This document shows positions 63,938 to 64,000 of a stretch of DNA of 64,000 nucleotides, one piece after another (the stretch's first letter is position 1; each line of letters opens with the position of its first letter). Source of the DNA: an uncultured Spirochaetota bacterium. Lineage in GTDB: Bacteria > Spirochaetota > Spirochaetia > SZUA-6 > CAVTHK01. The translations under genes and the position numbers were made by a program. A model generated the notes under the pieces. That model was not told where the DNA came from. It searched no databases and saw nothing but the letters and a program-made list of their open reading frames with translations. The stretch is taken from NCBI GenBank assembly GCA_963734495.1, contig CAVTHK010000007.1, positions 352,001 to 416,000 of the forward strand, written 5' to 3'.

Positions 63938-64000
63938 AGAAGGTCTCGGCGCAGGGAGGCATGATGGCGCGCGCGGACGCGCGGGCGGCAGCCGATGGGG

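Overview
A GC-rich bacterial chromosome segment, most likely from a spirochaete (it has a FlcA-like flagellar collar gene, a stand-alone groES, an XPB helicase pair and a cNMP/TPR gene pair). Most of it is housekeeping: lnt, ppdK, a sigma-70-family factor, groES, a JAB-DinG helicase, PNP, argR-argB-argD, HU, aroDE, XPB, fliS, flgN, polA, coaE, tRNA-Cys, folC, NFACT-Memo-AMMECR1, murD, DUF4954, a nagB-like gene, a Crp-like pair, flcA, ilvE and a sorE-like gene. Many genes, including essential ones, are split by frameshifts, which points to long-read indel errors rather than pseudogenes. An accessory block begins at tRNA-Thr(CGT). A ~7.5-kb island with no visible integrase is bounded by an exact 46-bp repeat of the tRNA 3' half. 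It carries a FAD/BBE oxidoreductase, a pseudokinase-AAA-TPR-LuxR regulator with a palindromic candidate operator, a DUF4242 protein and an amber-interrupted ParB/Srx-like gene. yefM-yoeB and a MacAB-TolC-type exporter follow it. Signals outside the ORF track include a sigma-54-type promoter with an enhancer-like palindrome in front of the sigma factor gene, a 46-aa histone-H1-like ORF ahead of HU, tandem ARG boxes, sigma-28-like promoters and several apparently leaderless genes. All family calls come from motif recognition, not database searches.
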